Below, in pieces: positions 18,780-31,327 of a stretch of DNA of 64,000 nucleotides. Within the stretch, counting starts at the first letter, position 1, and each line of letters starts with the position of its first letter. Source of the stretch: Epithemia pelagica (taxonomy: Eukaryota > Protista > Bacillariophyta); contig OX337228.1 of assembly GCA_946965045.2 (NCBI GenBank), forward strand, positions 2,604,001 to 2,668,000. The letters are read 5' to 3'. A program made the position numbers and the translations under genes. Below the pieces are notes generated by a model. That model ran no database searches. It saw nothing but the letters and a program-made list of their open reading frames with translations, and had not been told where the DNA came from.

Positions 18780-21272
18780 CTACATCTTGGATTGCCGTTG
18801 TTTCATGGCGACCTGCTTGCGTTTCTTCTCGATGGACAGGGCGCCGTACTGTTTCTGCAAAGACGCTTCCACTTGTTTCAGAGTCTGGATGCGAGCGGAA
18901 AGGTCCTTCATTCTTTCTTCTCCACCAAGCTGTTCTTGTACCGCAAACTTCTCGAACACGTGTTGCTCAATGTCCGCCGCTTGCCATGCCAGAAAAGAAC
19001 TCTCCATTCCCTGACGCATTTTGTCAGCTCGTTTCTTGTACCCACCATGTACCACCTTGGCTTTGGCAGCCATTTTGTCATTCTTTCTTCGCAACTCTTT
19101 TAAAGAAGAACGCAACGTTTCAAACTCAAAGAGAAGGCTGCTGCTTCGCTTGTCCCTTTCGTTCACCCAACCTACTTCTGGGATATAGCACATTTCGCTT
19201 GCATCATCAACTTGGCTGTCTGTGGTTTTTGCGGGTGAAGAATGTTCTACTTCCTTGGCGATCGCTGCCTTTGCTTCGTCCAGGTAGGACTGGGGAATTT
19301 CTTGGAAAGGGGCGGCAGAAGCAGGTCTATGGTTTCTAGGACTGCTGTTATCGTTGCCTTCATGTCCAGCCCAACGAATCGTCTTTTTCTTGGTGGAGTG
19401 CTCCTTTGAATCATGAGCAAGAATTGTCATTAATTCTTTTTGTACTTCCAGGACCCAAAATGAGTCATGTGAGTCCTTGGGCAGCGATGGGGATCCCTGT
19501 TGTTTCGCCGAAACTGATTTTAACAAAGCTTCGATTTCTTTCTCTCCTCCCACGGAAAGTGCTGGAGGCCTTGGAAGATCAGAACGTTGAAGCACCATCG
19601 ATCGACGTCCAAGCTCTTTCAACTGCAAATTTCGTTTGGCCTTTCTTTCATCAGCTTCAATATCGGCGCGGTCTCGAATAGTTGACAAACGGATAGTCGA
19701 AAGGTGGTCTTCTTCCTCGTCGTCCATTCCCTTAGTTTGTGGAACGGCTAATTCGTATTCATACTGTGGAGCTGGAAGAGATTGAAGTGCAGCCGACAGT
19801 TCGTCTCGGGCCTGTTTGGCAGCCCGTCGTTCATGACGGGCAAGCGATTTGGCATCGGTGGCAAAGGTCGCAACCGACAGGGTACCATCGGCATTGACCT
19901 CATTCAAACCCAATTCGTCTCGAGGCGCGGGGACCAAGGGAGTCGCCGCCGCAGCTATTCGCTCGACAGACGGTTTAGGAAATTCGTCATTGGTTTTGTC
20001 TTCGACAGCCTGTTCCTCGTCCTCTACAGTCCCGCCGTGCGTCGAAGGCAACAGGGGCGTTTGTCCCTCTTGCAATTTTCGTAAATGCGTGGCAGTTTGA
20101 ACCAAGTCCATCCGTTTAGCGGAAGCAGAGTTATTCTGATGATTGCGCAGCAAGGGCGTCGGAAGAGGTCGATCAGTGTAGTCTCCCAAAAGCGTCGCCG
20201 TTACACCACCCCCACTGCTGCTGTTTCCATGTTGTTGTTGCTGAATTTGCATTCGATGTTGTTCCTGTTCTAGTTTGTCATACTCTCGTCGATCGCTTTG
20301 ACTAATACCTGGTTCAGGTAATCGTAACGCCATTCGTGGCCTTGATGGTGTGTCATCCACCACTGCCTTGCGTTGTTGTTCTGCGTACTTATCATTGGAC
20401 TGCTCCAGAAGGCGAAGCCTTGCTTGCTCTCGTTTCTGCAATTGGGCAGCTTCACGGTCACGGGTTTTGTATTGCTGCTGATTGATTTGATTGTAGTCAA
20501 TGGATTTCCATCGTTTTCGACGAACAGCTTCTGCACGTGCATCTTCACCGGAAACATCGTGAAATCCTGCTGGTGCTGGTTTATGAAAAGGAATTTCCAC
20601 GCCTAAATCAATATCCCTGTTTCTCTTTTGCGCCGTGGTCCGAGCCTTTTCAGACAAAAGGCCAGCTTGTTTCAATTCTCTCCGTTTTTGCAAATCTGCA
20701 AGTCGCTTGGCTTGTGCCAACATGCGTTCTCGTTCCTTGCGCTTAGCTTTCTTCCCCTGCGTATTGGCCAAACGCGCACGAGCTTCTTGTAACATTTCCA
20801 ATTCATCCTCGTCCATATCAATGGCATCTGGACGCGCTGGCTTGGTTTCCGGATGAGCAATGGCAGTTGCTGCATCAGTCTTACGGATGTTCACGGATGA
20901 AGATCCTCCTTCTTCACCCTCTCCTCCCTCGCCCGAAGCGGTTGCAGCTTGATCGAGTAAATACTCATAATGTTCTTGACATTGATTGGCAGTACGATTG
21001 CCCACCAACGGCCCTATTGTTTTCCATTGGGCTGGCAATAATTTGGCTAAATGCAATAACTTTTCTTCTTCTTCACGAGACCAATCGGCTGTCTTTTTAA
21101 TGGAAGGATCCAACCATTCATGCCACCGTGCCTTGGCTTGTTTCGCTGTCTTGCGATTTAGCAGCGACGCCACACGAGCCCATTGTTGCTTGCCGTACTT
21201 CTGGACCGCGGCCTTGAGAATTTCGTCCTCGCTATTCTTCCATATGCCTCCTTTAATAGACACGCGAACCAT
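18780..21272 (-). CDS. CDC5: Pre-mRNA splicing factor CDC5/CEF1
   Basis: N-terminal Myb repeats KGGIWKNSEDEILKAAVQKYGKQQWARVASLL...WHEWLDPSIKK; PETKPARPDAIDMDEDELEMLQEARARLANTQGKKAKRK. Confidence 0.97.
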   Translation of the reverse strand: MVRVSIKGGIWKNSEDEILKAAVQKYGKQQWARVASLLNRKTAKQAKARWHEWLDPSIKKTADWSREEEEKLLHLAKLLPAQWKTIGPLVGNRTANQCQEHYEYLLDQAATASGEGGEGEEGGSSSVNIRKTDAATAIAHPETKPARPDAIDMDEDELEMLQEARARLANTQGKKAKRKERERMLAQAKRLADLQKRRELKQAGLLSEKARTTAQKRNRDIDLGVEIPFHKPAPAGFHDVSGEDARAEAVRRKRWKSIDYNQINQQQYKTRDREAAQLQKREQARLRLLEQSNDKYAEQQRKAVVDDTPSRPRMALRLPEPGISQSDRREYDKLEQEQHRMQIQQQQHGNSSSGGGVTATLLGDYTDRPLPTPLLRNHQNNSASAKRMDLVQTATHLRKLQEGQTPLLPSTHGGTVEDEEQAVEDKTNDEFPKPSVERIAAAATPLVPAPRDELGLNEVNADGTLSVATFATDAKSLARHERRAAKQARDELSAALQSLPAPQYEYELAVPQTKGMDDEEEDHLSTIRLSTIRDRADIEADERKAKRNLQLKELGRRSMVLQRSDLPRPPALSVGGEKEIEALLKSVSAKQQGSPSLPKDSHDSFWVLEVQKELMTILAHDSKEHSTKKKTIRWAGHEGNDNSSPRNHRPASAAPFQEIPQSYLDEAKAAIAKEVEHSSPAKTTDSQVDDASEMCYIPEVGWVNERDKRSSSLLFEFETLRSSLKELRRKNDKMAAKAKVVHGGYKKRADKMRQGMESSFLAWQAADIEQHVFEKFAVQEQLGGEERMKDLSARIQTLKQVEASLQKQYGALSIEKKRKQVAMKQRQSKM

Positions 21273-23319
21273 GATGATGGTCCCTCACTCGATGCTTGGA
21301 CAGCACATGAACTCACACAAGAAGTCACCTTCACTTCCTTCGGTTTCTGTTGTGCATTGTGAACGCCCAATTCGGGACTTGTTTCGTGATGACTAGATTG
21401 GTCGCACCAGATAAAAGCTAGGAGTAGCTTCTGCCAGCTGGAAGAATAGACTATTCCCTTGGATATTGAATACTCCTACCTAGACGGACGGCTCCAAACG
21501 AAAAGTTTCTCTACTCCTAAAAGCAGATAAGGAAAGGTTGTGTGCAATATGGCCTACCATGGATTCATAGCAACTATTCGCAAAACCAGCCCTCAAAGTA
21601 TCTTGAGGTGTCTTGGGATTCAGGGGAAATGATACGGGGTAATACTTTCCATGTGAGACTACACCAACCCGTGATTGTTGAATCTAGCAATCCATGGCTT
21701 GCTGATCTTCCCGTGGTTTTGGTCACGAGTCACGAAACAAAATGCCACGCAATGCAATGAGTGGATATTGCTACTCCTACCGGAGACTATTGGCTCGTTC
21801 GCTAGCTAGCGGAGTACAATTCACACCCCTGTGAATTCCTTGTACGAAAGCCAATGAAGACAAGCAAAAATATTATTTTCTACTCCGAAATTGCCTCAAC
21901 CTTCAACTTCCCTTCCCTTCACAGTGAAATCGGGATCCTCTTTCCTGGAGTATGTGGTTGTGGGGTGGCATTATTGTGCCGAGCAGGAGTCTTGTGGTCT
22001 GCAGCAGATACATGAGAGGCCCACCCGGCGATTTTTGTATGCCGATGAACAGAGAACAAACTTAACGGTCAGGCATCTGTCTATGAACGATTTTCTTTCG
22101 GCTCCATATATTTTCCCTCCGATTGCGGGGGTACCTCCCGTCTGCTGTCCATACGGTTATTCCCAAATTTTCCTAATAATGTAAAAATATTTCTGTCAAA
22201 TTTCTTTTGGTTTAGCACATTATTATAACGTCCAAGCCAACTGTAATTGGCTTCGCCCAATTGTATAGCCGCTTGCGCTCATGCAAGTGAAACAGGAACT
22301 GTGAGCCGTGAGACTTGACGAAAGAAATCTACAAGCCCATTTTGTACTCTATAGTCTATATTGTTTCAGAAGCAAGTACTCTTTACGCAGTAGTGGATCA
22401 AGCTTCACGGAATCATCACACACACACACCAAACCATGAAATACACACACACAGTGCAATGCACCTCTAGGAGTATGAACACAAGCTCCTGGCACTTTGT
22501 CTATGGGAAATATAAAAGTATAGTCCACTACTAGTTTAGGCTTCCTGCTTCCTGGGCTTATATACCCCATGATGACGCTGTCAAACCTTGGCTTCATCAT
22601 TGCGCAGTGGTTGATTGTTCATTGCAGTGGTTGATTGTCATGTTTCATGTTGTCATCCTTCCTTTGATACATTCCGCCTTCACTTGTGATCTAGGTGGAT
22701 GGTTTTGACCACAAAGTTGTCACTGTGGTCGTTCGTACGGCTGGATGGTTTTCTTTTGGTTTTTGGTGTGCTCATGGTCGTCTTTTGTGGTGTTGCTCGA
22801 AAAGTGAGACGATTCCTGGCCCTTTTGTGCCAGCAATACAAGGCGTGACCGGCGCGTCGATTTCGAACGATCGAAGGGAGGCTGGCGATATCACCCGGCT
22901 GGCGCCTTGGGAAAAAATACGAGACAATTTTTTTCCTTTCGGATGACGGACGAACAAAGGTACCCCCCCAATCGCACCCATACTCGTAGCCACGGTCGGA
23001 GGCAACTCTTCGTTCCAAGATTGCTCTCTATGTATTTCTGAATTTCATAATTTTGGGGCACGCGCCAAAATTTTTGGTCTTGTTACGAAGATGCCTCATT
23101 TTTTCAGCTTTTTTCGTTTGTGCTTTTGGTCAGTGTGGATTTCGCAGGTCGGCCACCTTGGGGGGAGATGCAATAAACGTATCACACGCCAAATTTCTTC
23201 ACCCACACATGAAAGTGACAAAGTTATAAGTTATCCCTCGCAACCTGAGATAGGCGCACAATTATCTTGAACTGCGTTCCACTCGCGTTCCTTGTTGTTC
23301 GAACAACTAAATTCAAACA

Positions 23320-23772
23320 ATGTCCATGATCTCGGCTCTCGTTTGTGCTGCGGACCATGCTTTGCGAAGGGAAACAAAGCAAGAAGCTGCTGTGGGTGGT
23401 GGACGTGGCAGCAGAAACGAGACCAGCAGTCATGCCCTGAATCCTACCTCCCGGAAGACGAAAAGAAATGAGACATGCAATGGACTTCCATACAAAAGAA
23501 CTCTCTCCGACGTATCATCTTGTAGCACACAAGAAGACATTGATCTTGTTGATTTTGAATGGGACGACGAAACGTCTTTAGAATGCACACCATCCGATCA
23601 AGATCTTGAAGAGAAGGAAAGCCCTTTCATTCCCCCAGCACCATCACCTGAGAAATGTGCCAGGAATGCAAGAGCAAAAATGGTTTTAATACTTATGGAT
23701 ACAGCTGAACTGGAGGAAAAAGAAGAGGCTTTTGGAGTATCACATTTACCAGAAGGGTTACCTCAACATTAA
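23320..23772 (+). CDS. Hypothetical protein (150 aa)
   Basis: ORF converges on the TRF4-like gene; acidic low-complexity content and no motif. Confidence 0.35.
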   Translation: MSMISALVCAADHALRRETKQEAAVGGGRGSRNETSSHALNPTSRKTKRNETCNGLPYKRTLSDVSSCSTQEDIDLVDFEWDDETSLECTPSDQDLEEKESPFIPPAPSPEKCARNARAKMVLILMDTAELEEKEEAFGVSHLPEGLPQH

Positions 23773-23999
23773 AAATCATGCACAATTTCTTTCTGTATAA
23801 TATCACATACACATTGGATGCATTAAGATAATATATCGAAATTCGCACAACGTCTCCCTTGCTATTGTAGCTGTCAGCGGCTGCCATGTTGACACTATAC
23901 GCAATCACTATCACCGATTTCACTTGTGAATTGTAAAAAGCATACCTCATCCATAGATTTGTTTTGCAATATCAGGACTTCCAGGAAAACGCAGCAACG

Positions 24000-26900
24000 C
24001 TACAAATCAAACACCACGTCTTCACTGTGTAGAAGGCATTTCAACAAGGAGTATTCCGCGTCGTCCTCCATCCCCGAGGATTGCATGTCCCATTCAACTG
24101 AAGCCACCAACGCTCGATGGGCATCCGAAAACGCACGCAATACTTGAAAGATTCGAAAGGTATTTCGGCCAACATTGTTTCCCATGGACAGTGGGTCTTC
24201 CACAAAAAGAGGATCAAACGTGTACGGCATGCCGGGGTCAGGACCTTCCCAGTTTGGAATCACGGCAACCGGTGCACTATGTTGTCCTCCAATACCAGCT
24301 CCTTCTGTGGACGAGAGCATGGATCCGTTGTATGGATTACTATTGGTAGTACCAGTCGCCGCACCGGCTGTGGCTCCAGTAGTTGCTCCACGCAATCCAT
24401 CGACATTACCCTTATCACTGAAACTGTTTCGACGGACAAATACCCCTCGATCACGAAACCCTGCACTCGCCGGTTTGAAAACGTTAGGGCTGGGGGAGTT
24501 CCACATCATTTGGGGATGAGGCGGTGTTCCCCCCATGGCATAATTGGGTCGGGCAAAGTATTGGCAGAGACGAACGCTAATTCCTGTGGTTCTCGGATCA
24601 AACTGTGGTGGAACGAATTGTGCGGGTGAACATGAGAGCGTGAGTTGAAAAAGGTGAATTCAAATACCCGAAAAATGGAAGCTTACATGATTGCCATAGA
24701 AATCCAAAAACCCCATCAACAACGCCCCACAGTCCGCCCAGGCAGTTGCCTGTTCCTGAAGATATCGAGCTGTCATGAGAAAAAGACAGTACGAAGAAAG
24801 TCCTCCTGTGTATCCTGTCAAAAGACCACGATCAAGCAAGAACTGCTTCAGCACGAGGACCAACGGGCGGATCATTGGGTACTCTTCAAGTAGTCTATTG
24901 ACCAGTTCGACAGCCTCTAACCCATGATGATTGGGGGAATCAAATGTAATATCGAGACGTAAAGTCCTCGCTTTTGTATCTTTTGTCGCAACCTTGATGA
25001 CTGGAACAACGGTGCGTTCGATCAACTTCATCGATCTTGGATCAATCCACGATTCGTTCTTTAGTTTTCTTGCCAACATCTTCTGAGACGATTCGTTGAT
25101 AGCATTTCTCCCTTCAAGAACACCCGGGGCGACGGCGGGGGCATCCTTTTGTACCGCTGGCAAACATATAATAAAATCTACGTCGGACGTTGGCAGGCAA
25201 AGACCTGTTACATGACTCCCGTACAGTTTAACTTGTGCTCTGGGCCATAGGGCAGTGACGAGCCTCGTCATCCGTTCGACCGACTTAGCTCGTTTTCCTT
25301 CCTGTTTTCGGAGCTGTCCACCAATCACATCCACGAAATGGGCGATGTCTACAGAAAGACGAGACTGGACTCCGCTCACTGGCATTCCACTATTATTGCT
25401 TTGAGCATTCAACGGCACACCAACTGTAAAATTGAGCTGTTGTTGAGCGCTGTGTTCGATAGAAACATCTGAAGACGCCGTTGCAGCGGACGACGTCTGT
25501 CGTTGGTGTTGAGAAACCTTTCCTACACCACCCGTATAATCATCTTCACTTGCCATTGACGCCATTGATTCGTACTCCCCTCTGTATCCTGCATCACTCA
25601 TAGCGGCAAGGGTTCGGGATCGAGCAGAGTTAACCAAGTGGGACAATGAAGCGGGGTGGTCAAAGTACTTGGACGAAGCTGTACGCACGGCATGCAAGTG
25701 ATGGTGAACTTGATGCGGTGAAGACGACGCGTAGTCATACGTTTGCGTTGGTGCCATCATGATATTCTGGTTTTGGGACGCTAGCATGTTTCTCAGCTTG
25801 GCAACCTCGGCCCCCAGCGTAAGACACAGATCACGATACGTATCACGTTCCTCCCTAAGATTTTCGTTCCCTTCTCTGTGAGAGAGAGCAGATGTGATTG
25901 TGGTGGAGCCATCTCGCGTAGCTGTGTTGTTGTCAGCATCCTCCGCAACATTGCTGTTGCGTCGGCTGTCCGGCCACTGTTGTTTGTAGTCGTCAAATTC
26001 GGATTGCGCAGACACGGCTTCTGCTGGCGACGAAGTTCGTCCTCCAACATTAAGCGCCGCCGCTCGCGTAAGCGACAGACGTGGTGTTGGCTTAACTATT
26101 CGATCGTCATCCTGCGACTGGACGAGTGACCTCGAAGCAACAGTTCGATAGCTTTCCAATGCATCAGATCTGCGTCGCGAGGAACCACGATGCTTAATGT
26201 CATTGTCGTCGCGTGCTTTTGGACGTGAGTACTTAACAAAGGACCGTTGTTGCTTCAAGGTTCGTGATGCTTCACTCAATTCACGTGATCGTTCTTCATT
26301 GGACGATGATGATCGCAGATTCTCTCGGGACAAGCTGGATACCATTCTTGGTTTAGGAAGAGTATGTACGTTGGCATGGGATGCTGAAACACTTTCTTCG
26401 CCTCCTGCTTCAGGGACTGAGGCAGCCGAGCGAGTTTCTGAGTTAAGAACTGCTAATTGTTCACCAGGAGATCCTGACTTTTTCACCTGAAGATCAGCGA
26501 GAGATACGAGAATGGGAGATAGCGTCGGAGATGGTGTGTTTGGAGCATCTGGTGAAGGCGAACGTTCGTTGTTGTCACCAACAGAAACAGCATGTCCACT
26601 TTTTGACGATAGGCTTGTGCTTCGAACGTCATCACCGGCTGGCTTTCCTTCGTCAAAAGATGAAGCAGACAGCTCCTTTACCTGCTCCTCAGCGACAGCA
26701 TCAAATCCATCGGGAATTTTGTCTGCTTGAATGGCGGAAAGACTACCGAAAGAAGACTCTAGCGACCGTGAATCATCCACCTTTGTGGCTCCAGGAGAAA
26801 CACTTTCAAGGGTTTCTTGTACTTGTGGCCCGGTTCCTCCAAAATCCTGTTCATGGTCATCTTCAATTAAAACATCTGGAAACTCTGGCTCCTCCGAGTT

Positions 26901-29234
26901 AAGATCGTCATTTCCGATAATATACAGGTCATCGCCACCATTCGACATCGTTACATTGTCATCTGGACCTGAAGAAGCAATTGAGGCAATGGTGGAAGAT
27001 GCTATTTCTTGTTCTCGACGTTCTTGTGACATGAACAAATCGTTCATGATACTTTGTTCTCGAGCATAGATATGCCCGGCAGCTGACCATTGATCAAATG
27101 CAAAATCATGCGTGTCCCACGCAAAGCCAATGGATTCTGGTCGAAGAAAGAAGCCTCCAGCCAAATTTCCGTAAGGCGATGCGAAAATGTCAAAAGCACC
27201 CCGTGATGCTCCTCCGGTGGTACTAGTCCCCGAAAAATTGAACTCTGCCGACGAAGCAGAATTCATTGGTTCTGTGAACATACTTCTATCCGCGCCGTTT
27301 GTCGTCCAAGGTGATGCGGCCTCCATTCTTTGCCCTGAAGAGATACGATCCGGCTTCACAAGATCAGAGCTTTCCATCAATTTCGCTTCGCCACCTTCTT
27401 TAGGAGGTTTTTCTATGCTAGGGGGTTTCTGTCCGAGCTTCTTTCGTTGTGCAGGTTTCAAGACATAGGTCAAGTTCTGGTTCGTCGTCGTCGTCACCAC
27501 TTTGGCACCGACCTGTTTGGTACTGGTTTGCCACACTCCACAGTCCTCGGTTGGTGATGTGGGGGACAATCCCACCACATCAAAAACGTCATTGACAATG
27601 TCATCCAGCAAACCCAGAACCAGAACGATATTGCGATTCCTCGTGCGATTGCATATATGTGGATTTTCGGGGAAATCCAAACCATTTGTTGTGGTATGGC
27701 GGGTATAGATTGTCTCTTCGTCAGATGATTTTTGTTCCAACTCATTGGATTCTTCCACCATGGGGAGCTCTTTCGCTGCAGTATTCTGTTGGTTCTGGGT
27801 TTCCGAGTCCCCTCCAGAGGATATCTCCATGGTAATTTTCAAAGTTTTCTTCCCATTGCGTTGCTTCGATTTCTTTTTGGCTTGTCGCCGGTTGTTCTGG
27901 GTTGGAGGTTCCTGTGGTTTGATCTTGGCATTATTGTTGCTCTTGTTGTTGTTTCGTGTGGACACTTGATGCATCTTTGGCGACATGCCTACGTCAGCTT
28001 CTTCCTGCAACAACAAAAGTTCTCGTTCCACTTGACGCGCCAGCTGTTGCTGGAGTACTTGTCGACCCACCGATCGCAACTTATCGGTGGCCGAGCCAAT
28101 TTGTATCAGAGGGCATACACACAGGGAATGGATCACGTCCATTGCGGACGAGGTGGATGACAACCCGCCGGAAATCCTCGTTTTCCCCTGTGATTCCACC
28201 AAGAAATGTCGCAGTAACGATTCTCGTACATGAGGTATGGAAGTGGATTGATCACGTCGGCACACCTCGCAAAGAACTTGGGCTACCAAAGAGGAGAGGA
28301 ACTGCGGACCTGCCGTCATGGCATCCAATCGCTGCAGTGTATTGGAGGATGAAAATGAGTGTTGCCAACCAAGTTTGGTGCTCTGCTTTACATGGGAGGC
28401 AAACGATTGTACCAACGCCATTTCAAGTCTGGATGTAATGTACATACTCAAGGGAAACCATCGTTCAGTGGGCTGAAACCAACTCGGTGAGGAGGATTGT
28501 GGTGTTTGTGGTTGAGTCAAAAAGTTTCCTCGTGACGTGAGATGTAACAGTTTCATCAACGAGTTTAGGTCTGTTGCAGGATCGGAGGTCGAAGCAATAT
28601 CACTTGCCAAACGGAGATAAACCGTTTTGGATTCACTTTGCAAAGTGGAGCAAAGGCATACCTTTTGCAACAAAACTTCATCGGCCTGTTGTTGCTCGTA
28701 TACAGGAGGAATGGCGTACCGATTTCCATCGCGTGTAATGAATCCACGGGCCATGACAGAATATTGAGGGGGAACCTGAGAGTTTTTCGTCCCTTTGTTT
28801 CGAAAGTTTTTGCTTGAGCGTGAATGATTTGTGCGAGAGCCTTGGAATATATCTCGTGGCTGAGAATATGGAAGATTGCTATTATTGTTGTTGATTGTCG
28901 ATACCCATTTGAGGAGTCTCGGCTTGTGTGTGCGTTCTCGTCGTGTGCGTTCATATTCGGTTGCGTGTTTGCCATCCCAGAGTGCCTGTTGTATGGAAGC
29001 AATGGGGTGTTGTATCGCACGAGGATGAATAGGTGTGGGAGGTGGCACTTGCAAGTTTATCATTTCCAGCAACAGCTGCGTCTCGTTTTCATCTTGCTGG
29101 ATCTCCAATGCGTGGATCAGTCTGTCCCAGGTCAAGGAACGAATCCATTCCTTGAGCTGCACTGGAGAGACCAAATCTGGGTTGTCACGTTGTGGTTGCC
29201 TGTTGTGTCTGTGGCTGCTCTGTTCTCGAGCCAT
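24000..29234 (-). CDS. TRF4: Non-canonical poly(A) polymerase, TRF4/PAPD5 family, with long N-terminal extension; exons 29234-24687 and 24602-24000
   Basis: LYGSHVTGLCLPTSDVDF (GS..DxD), RLDITFD, TGGLSSY and VEDPLSMGNNVGRNTF. An 84-nt GT-AG intron (24603-24686) joins FYGNH to FDPRTTGISVR. Confidence 0.88.
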
Positions 29235-29775
29235 TATCTACTATCGAAACACTAGCCTCTGCTGGGATAGCTGCTGTTACAAGCTTGCAATTCATACCAG
29301 AATCACAGAGACGAGTTATTCATACTTGTATTGCAACAATGGAAAAATGGGTCCAGGAAAAGAAAAACTCGTGACTCGGGATCGGGATGCGGGCTTTATT
29401 CATGGACGAATCGTTGGACAGGGATGCATTCGTATTGGGCGTGAGCGTTGACGGACCCGGATATTATCGACTCGTATCGCGGGGCGCACCTTTTCTGTTT
29501 GTGTCCACGCACGAAATTGTATTACAATATCTTCAAAGTGTAGGACCAGCAAAAGAGGCAGAAACCATTTCGTTGCCATTTTCGTTGTGGAAAGCGTTGT
29601 TGTTGCTTTTTACGTCGATCAACAAGAAGAGAATCGAAATTGTGTGCAACTACTATCAGAACTATCTGGTTTTATTGATGTAAGAAGCTGTCTATTCCCA
29701 CACTGCTCATGATCTGTTGTCATTGTTCTCATACGGCGTATCATTGTCAATCCTTGTGCATGCGGACATGAATAG

Positions 29776-31062
29776 ATGGCACCGTTGGATGGACGTTGGG
29801 CACCCTCCCGATATCACAAAGAACTTCAACGTGCCATTGTGTTCCGCTCGTATGTTTCGATCCTTCGTTCTGGAGTTCGCAAGAAACAAACACAAGAAGC
29901 CATTCTAGAACGCCTTTTTCACAAGGGAGAGACCAACGAACACGGCGAACAAGTCCAGGAGCCACTCGTGCATCAAGCTGTTCAAGGATCCGGCCAATTT
30001 ACAGGTTTGTGTGATCGACACTCGTACATTTCCATTGATGGTGGCACGGGCGAACGCAAGGAAGAAGTGCGGTTGGTCGTTCAAGATTGTTTTACGAGAA
30101 CACTGAGTGTTCGATTCGTGATTGGCGAATCCTTTACTCGAGACTCGTTGTCCTTGGCCAAATTGTCGGACAACAAAAAATTAGTGTCAGGGCGAACCCT
30201 ACGGGCTGGTGCCGAAACGGCCCATCGCAATGGCCGAAAGGCTTATGAATTTGCCGTCGAGTTTTTGGATGAAAATCTTGAACTTCCTCCCAATAAAACT
30301 GTGGAAGACTACGACACGTACATATTGACCATGATGTGGAAAGATCAGAAACAACGAGCGATTCAAGATCCCCTCCTCGAAGACCAGCAGCAATCCAGCA
30401 GCAGCAACAACAACAAAACGCCGGATATTGGAACGCCTCCGAGCGATTGGATCTTTGATGGATGGGTTGCCTTTCGCCTCTATGGTCCCGTCGTCGACGA
30501 GTCCATGACGGAATACAAGACGGATATTTTTGCGGATCCTCTCGATTCTCTACCAGAGGACGAGGAGGATGCCGAAGAAGGGAGAACCATCAAGTCTGAG
30601 AGTGGCCTCACGTCGGTTGTACCCATGGCGGCCCCCGCTGCCGTCGCTACTCCCGCCACCACCCGCAAACGCATGGTACGAACTCCTCAAGGACCCTTTC
30701 CCCCGCATCTCACTGAAGAAGGGAAACGCCATGTTTTAGACCTTGTGCTGCAACGGGTCGCTACGCGGGAACGCTTGCTACAGGCAGAGATTACCTCCCT
30801 GCAGAAAAAGGCAGAAAGCTTGTCCAAAAGCATGGAAATGGAATTAAAGATTGCATTGGCAGTGGCCTCGGACGACCCGAATCATCAAGCCTGGAGCGAA
30901 TATCGTACTATGCAACGTGACTTGAAGCAAGTGTGGGCAGATATTGAACAAAAGCACAAGGACAACAAGACTCGGGATGCTTATGAATGCGAGATCGTTA
31001 ATGAATATCTTGGGGTCGCAACGGTGAAAAAGTTTCGATTTGATCCAAAGGTAATCTATTAA
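29776..31062 (+). CDS. Hypothetical protein (428 aa) with C-terminal coiled coil
   Basis: Long ORF with protein-like composition between flanking genes; family not recognised. Confidence 0.65.
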   Translation: MAPLDGRWAPSRYHKELQRAIVFRSYVSILRSGVRKKQTQEAILERLFHKGETNEHGEQVQEPLVHQAVQGSGQFTGLCDRHSYISIDGGTGERKEEVRLVVQDCFTRTLSVRFVIGESFTRDSLSLAKLSDNKKLVSGRTLRAGAETAHRNGRKAYEFAVEFLDENLELPPNKTVEDYDTYILTMMWKDQKQRAIQDPLLEDQQQSSSSNNNKTPDIGTPPSDWIFDGWVAFRLYGPVVDESMTEYKTDIFADPLDSLPEDEEDAEEGRTIKSESGLTSVVPMAAPAAVATPATTRKRMVRTPQGPFPPHLTEEGKRHVLDLVLQRVATRERLLQAEITSLQKKAESLSKSMEMELKIALAVASDDPNHQAWSEYRTMQRDLKQVWADIEQKHKDNKTRDAYECEIVNEYLGVATVKKFRFDPKVIY

Positions 31063-31327
31063 TCTAAACACTATGGTCGGGTTGTTTTGCTCCATTCTAC
31101 GTGTTTCCACAAAAAGCACCTTGACTCGCCCCGACGAGAACCAGACGATAGATGAATCGTTGTCATGAGACGCTTTCTGATGAGTTAACAAAACGCTTCT
31201 AGTGATGCTTCGGTCACCAGCTCTTGCGGAGCAGACGGCTTTTCTCCTTAGAAAGATGAGATTCGATGATTTTATGATAAATCCAATTCTCATTTGTCAT
31301 ATCATGTGTCCCAAGCGGCCAATTGTT

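Noticed and set aside
22120-22974. 16-bp inverted repeat CGATTGCGGGGGTACC / GGTACCCCCCCAATCG (15/16), possible MITE
   Set aside because: Similarity does not extend convincingly, part of it is a homopolymer run, and no TSD was found.
23062-23069. E2F-like site (TTTGGCGC on the minus strand) upstream of ORF 23320
   Set aside because: A single short match with no functional support; the downstream gene is unidentified.
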